Assembly (NCBI GenBank): GCA_022562795.1
Contig: JADFOP010000023.1
Coordinates: 1-33,013, forward strand
Reading direction: 5' to 3'
DNA length: 33,013 nt
From: Nitrospinota bacterium
GTDB lineage: Bacteria > JADFOP01
Shown: piece after piece, positions 29,725-33,013 of the stretch
How positions within the stretch are numbered: position 1 is the first letter of the stretch
Layout of the letters: the number at the start of each line of letters is the position of its first letter
Position numbers and translations under genes: made by a program
Notes under the pieces: model-generated
What the model saw: the letters and a program-made list of their open reading frames with translations, nothing else
Database searches by the model: none
What the model was told of the DNA's origin: nothing

Positions 29725-29911
29725 GCGCCCTTCTATTTTCCGCGATTTTCCGATATTAGGTGTATTTTAGCGCCTCGGCGCAAACCCGCACCGCTTGCTC
29801 TCGAACTTGGCCGTAGCGAGATATTGTGGACCGTAATCGCTATGACGAATTTGGTTTGAAGCGCGCGCCGCGGCCATAGATTTCACATGACTTGTTGAGG
29901 CCGGGAGTTGA

Positions 29912-31915
29912 TTATTGCACTGCCCGAATCTGCTCGGCGCGCTCGAGCAGTCTCTTCGCTTCGTCATCCCTGCCCATCTTTATGTAGAGTTCTGCCAAAT
30001 TGTCTAATATTGCTGCCAATTTTTGATGGTCAGGCCCCAGGGCCTTCTCATGAATCGCCAGCGCCCGCTTAAAGAGCGGCTCGGCCTTGGCGTACTGGCC
30101 TTGGACGTGGTAAAGCAAAGCCAGGCTATTGAGGGTTGTGGCCAACCGGGGATGGTTGGGTCCTAGGACCTTCTCACGGACCGCCAATGCCCTTTTGAAG
30201 AGCGGTTCAGCCTTGGCGTACTGGCCCTGGGCACGATAGAGAACCGCCAGGTTGTTCAAGCTCGTGGCCAGAGAGGGATGATCGGGCTCCAGAGCTTTCT
30301 CTTTAATCGCCAGCGCCCGCTTGTAAAGGGGCTCGGCCTTGGCGTACTGGCCTTGGTCGTTGTAGAGCACCGCCAGGTTGTTCAAGCTCGTGGCCACACT
30401 GGGGTGGTCAGGTCCCCAAGCCGTTTCATTATTCGCAAGCGCCCGTTGGTAAAGGGGCTCGGCCTTGGCGTACTGGCCCTGGGCACGATAAAGTTCCGCC
30501 AGGTTGTTCAAGCGCCTGGCCAGATAGGGATGATCAGGCCCCAGAGCTTTTTCTTTAATCGCCAGCGCCCGCTTGATGAGGGACTCGGCCTCGGCGTAGC
30601 GGCCCTTCCGCGCCAGCAGGCTGCCCAGGTTGTTGTGGGCCCGGAAGCTTAGGGGCGACTGGCGCACCGTCTTGTCCCATAAGATAAAATTGTTAGACCA
30701 GTCCTGGTTGCGCTTAATGGTGTTCGCGGAGAAGAGGACCAACACCGCTAACACTAGCGCCCCGGCCAGAGGAATGGGAGCCCGTGAAGAATCCTCCTTC
30801 AGCGGCTTAACCCCGCGGGTCATCACCCACGCCAGAGCCACGCAGGCCCCCAGCGAGGAGAAGTAGAGAAACCGTTCGGCCCCCAGCTCTCCAATGGGAA
30901 CGATGTTGGAGACTGGAAAGAGGGCTAACCCCGACCAGAGAATCCCCCAGGCTACGGGTGGGGCTGTCCGTCTTACAGCCCAGGCCAGCACAAGGAGCCC
31001 TACTATGAGAGCCAGGGCGAGGAGGGGCAAGGCCCCGTCGGTGAGCCCCCTGGCGTTGGGCACGTCCCAGGAGGCGTTCAGGTTGACCGGGAAGAGGAGC
31101 CTTCCGACGTAGGCGGCGCCCACCTTGAGCATGGTCGGCCCACGGACGCTCAGCGGTGCTCCTACGAATACCTGATATGACTCCGGGAAGCCGAACGTGT
31201 GAAACACGCTCCAGCGGAGCGCGACATAGGCAAGTGCCCCCCCTATGTAGGGGCCGTATCGTGTTGCAAGGCGTCCAGGGCGCCACCATCCCGAGGGACG
31301 GCCAAGGAGAGCGTCAGTCATCAACAGCAGAAGGGGGAGGGTGGCGGCCATCTCCTTGGCTCCCAGAGCCACCAGCCAGGCCGCCACCGCGGCAATTTTC
31401 CAGAGGTAAGCTTTGGATTTCCCACGGTCGGCGCGCAGGTGGGCCCAAAAGGCCAGAAGTCCCCAGAAGGCGGCAAGGATCTCCGAGCGCCCTGAGACCC
31501 ATGCGACCGCCTCGGTGTGAACGGGATGGACCGCAAAGAGGGCGGCTGCTCCAAAAGTCATAAGTGGCTCGTTAGGCCAGAGTCTCCGCAGGAGGACCAA
31601 AACCAATAGAGATGCGGCGGTATGCCACAAAAGATTTTCTAAATGAAAACCGAAGGGATTGGGCCCGTAGAGTCGATGATCGATCAAATAGGTGAGGGTC
31701 GTGATAGGCCGAATGAAATCCTTACGTTTTCCCCTATGGGGCAAAGGCGTGGTGAAAAGCTCGGGCAGTCGATCCGGAGCCCATAGTAGGGTATTGTCAA
31801 CTATGTCTCTATGGTCATCGGAGACGAAGGAGCCGCCGAGGGCATTCAGATAACACCCGCTGGCCAAAAAGGCTATTATGAGGAAGGCCACCCAAGACCG
31901 CGACCAACGCTCCAT
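29912..31915 (-). CDS. Second TMTC-like GT-C glycosyltransferase with 42-aa TPR repeats
   Basis: FVSDD, RPI, FAVHPVHTEAVAWVSGRSE, KEMA.TLP, AERFLY and W.N..LW, then LATSLNNLA.LY..QG.YA.AEPL..RAL repeats. Confidence 0.88.
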   Translation of the reverse strand: MERWSRSWVAFLIIAFLASGCYLNALGGSFVSDDHRDIVDNTLLWAPDRLPELFTTPLPHRGKRKDFIRPITTLTYLIDHRLYGPNPFGFHLENLLWHTAASLLVLVLLRRLWPNEPLMTFGAAALFAVHPVHTEAVAWVSGRSEILAAFWGLLAFWAHLRADRGKSKAYLWKIAAVAAWLVALGAKEMAATLPLLLLMTDALLGRPSGWWRPGRLATRYGPYIGGALAYVALRWSVFHTFGFPESYQVFVGAPLSVRGPTMLKVGAAYVGRLLFPVNLNASWDVPNARGLTDGALPLLALALIVGLLVLAWAVRRTAPPVAWGILWSGLALFPVSNIVPIGELGAERFLYFSSLGACVALAWVMTRGVKPLKEDSSRAPIPLAGALVLAVLVLFSANTIKRNQDWSNNFILWDKTVRQSPLSFRAHNNLGSLLARKGRYAEAESLIKRALAIKEKALGPDHPYLARRLNNLAELYRAQGQYAKAEPLYQRALANNETAWGPDHPSVATSLNNLAVLYNDQGQYAKAEPLYKRALAIKEKALEPDHPSLATSLNNLAVLYRAQGQYAKAEPLFKRALAVREKVLGPNHPRLATTLNSLALLYHVQGQYAKAEPLFKRALAIHEKALGPDHQKLAAILDNLAELYIKMGRDDEAKRLLERAEQIRAVQ
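30020..30640. repeat. Intragenic 126-nt tandem repeats
   Basis: CCTTGGCGTACTGGCC at 30085, 30211, 30337 and 30463. Boundaries approximate. Confidence 0.9.
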
Positions 31916-32351
31916 TTACGGCTCCAGCACACTAACCAGAAAGGATGATGGGAGATTTTCCCGGTAATAGTAACCTACTATTTCTGTTGGCGGAAGCACA
32001 TAGTTGACCAGAAATTGTCCCTAGAGGTTGAGGGATACCAGGGGCGACCATATCACGAATGAGAAACGGGACAAAAGAAGTTTGGTTGTATTATAATTCA
32101 AATGGGCCTCCTCGCAACAACAGATCATACTGAGAGACTTTCACAGGCAATCTTAACTCTGGCCAACCGACCTAAAAGTTAATATTTCATCTGAAATCGC
32201 CCCTGAAGGCAGAGGAGCGTGAGGGGCAACTACATCCTTTCTCATACCGGTCAACCTTTGTGAGATGATAGAAGCCTCGATCTACTGTCGTGGATTATAG
32301 CCGAGAGAACCTGTGATGGACAACGCCCGATGGTGCGGCCTAGATCCTGAT

Positions 32352-33013
32352 CTATGCGCCGCCAAAGACCCTGGCCCGCAACAGCCGCAGTATAAGCAGA
32401 TCCTCACGCTCGAGACGCTGGAGGAGCAGGAAACCGACGTAGCAGAGGCTAAAGACTCCCGTGGACGAGGCAAGGTTCCATGCGGGCGATGCCACAGGCG
32501 CCAGCCACTGGAGCCCCGCCACTGCCAGGCCTCCAGCAAGGCCGGCAACGAGCGGTTTAGCCCACTTTCGGTCATAAGGAGAGAGTTTCAGCAACCACCA
32601 AACCTGCATGAGGCCCAAAGAGTTGCTTACAGCAATCGCCGACCCGGTCGCTATTGCTGCCCCCAATATGCCAAAGCGGGGGATTAAGAGGAGATTGAGC
32701 AAAAAGTTCAACGCACTCACCGCAAAGGTGTTGGCCAAAACCAGGCGGGTCCAGCCAGCCATGCGAATTATAGCACCACACGAGCCGACACAAGAGTTGA
32801 AGAAAAAGGCCGTGGCCAAGATGATCAGGGCGAGGCTGCCCTGCGTGAACTGAGCGCCAAAGATGACCAGGATGTCCCGGCTAAGAAGAACCACGAGGAC
32901 AAAGAGGGGCAGGGTGAGGGTAAAGACCCAACGGGTATCGATTTTGAAGAGCTGATCGAGGCCCTCCATGTCGTTGCGCTGTAGCAGCTCGGCGATTATC
33001 GGAGCGAACATTG
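32352..33013 (-). CDS. Wzx-like oligosaccharide flippase (MOP superfamily), C-terminal part; truncated by the window
   Basis: Multi-TM; FAPIIAEL, IL.IFG.QF and LNLLLIPRFGILGAAIAT motifs. Confidence 0.85.
   Translation of the reverse strand, partial: MFAPIIAELLQRNDMEGLDQLFKIDTRWVFTLTLPLFVLVVLLSRDILVIFGAQFTQGSLALIILATAFFFNSCVGSCGAIIRMAGWTRLVLANTFAVSALNFLLNLLLIPRFGILGAAIATGSAIAVSNSLGLMQVWWLLKLSPYDRKWAKPLVAGLAGGLAVAGLQWLAPVASPAWNLASSTGVFSLCYVGFLLLQRLEREDLLILRLLRARVFGGA

Noticed and set aside
29683-29911. Island integrated at ssrA
   Set aside because: A terminator follows directly, with no integrase and no repeat of the ssrA 3' end in the window.

Overview
GC-rich chromosome segment of a diderm bacterium (resembles Nitrospinota/deltaproteobacterial genomes; the taxon is an impression only). 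From left to right: an att-like junction carrying a degenerate tRNA-Pro 3' end (about 410-540); an ArsM-like SAM methyltransferase that reads through an in-frame UGA followed by a SECIS-like hairpin (probable selenoprotein); an AT-rich orphan; tRNA-Pro(TGG); a minus-strand amidase-GerMN-murI-rph-rdgB operon; a histidine kinase / single-domain response regulator / NtrC-like triad whose AAA+ domain has lost GAFTGA; a TMTC-like GT-C/TPR glycosyltransferase; a porin-like outer-membrane barrel flanked by GTAG-REP doublets, with their RAYT; larE, a Cof-HAD, a YHS-type protein and a SpoVG-like protein; an rpoE / anti-sigma / RseB / DegP envelope-stress operon; a Fic gene; ligA; an acyl-ACP desaturase-like gene; smpB-ssrA; a second TMTC-like gene; and a partial Wzx-type flippase. 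The best leads are the selenocysteine methyltransferase, the tRNA-Pro-derived att junction beside it, the REP-bracketed porin/RAYT block, the paired TMTC-like genes and the degenerate enhancer-binding protein.
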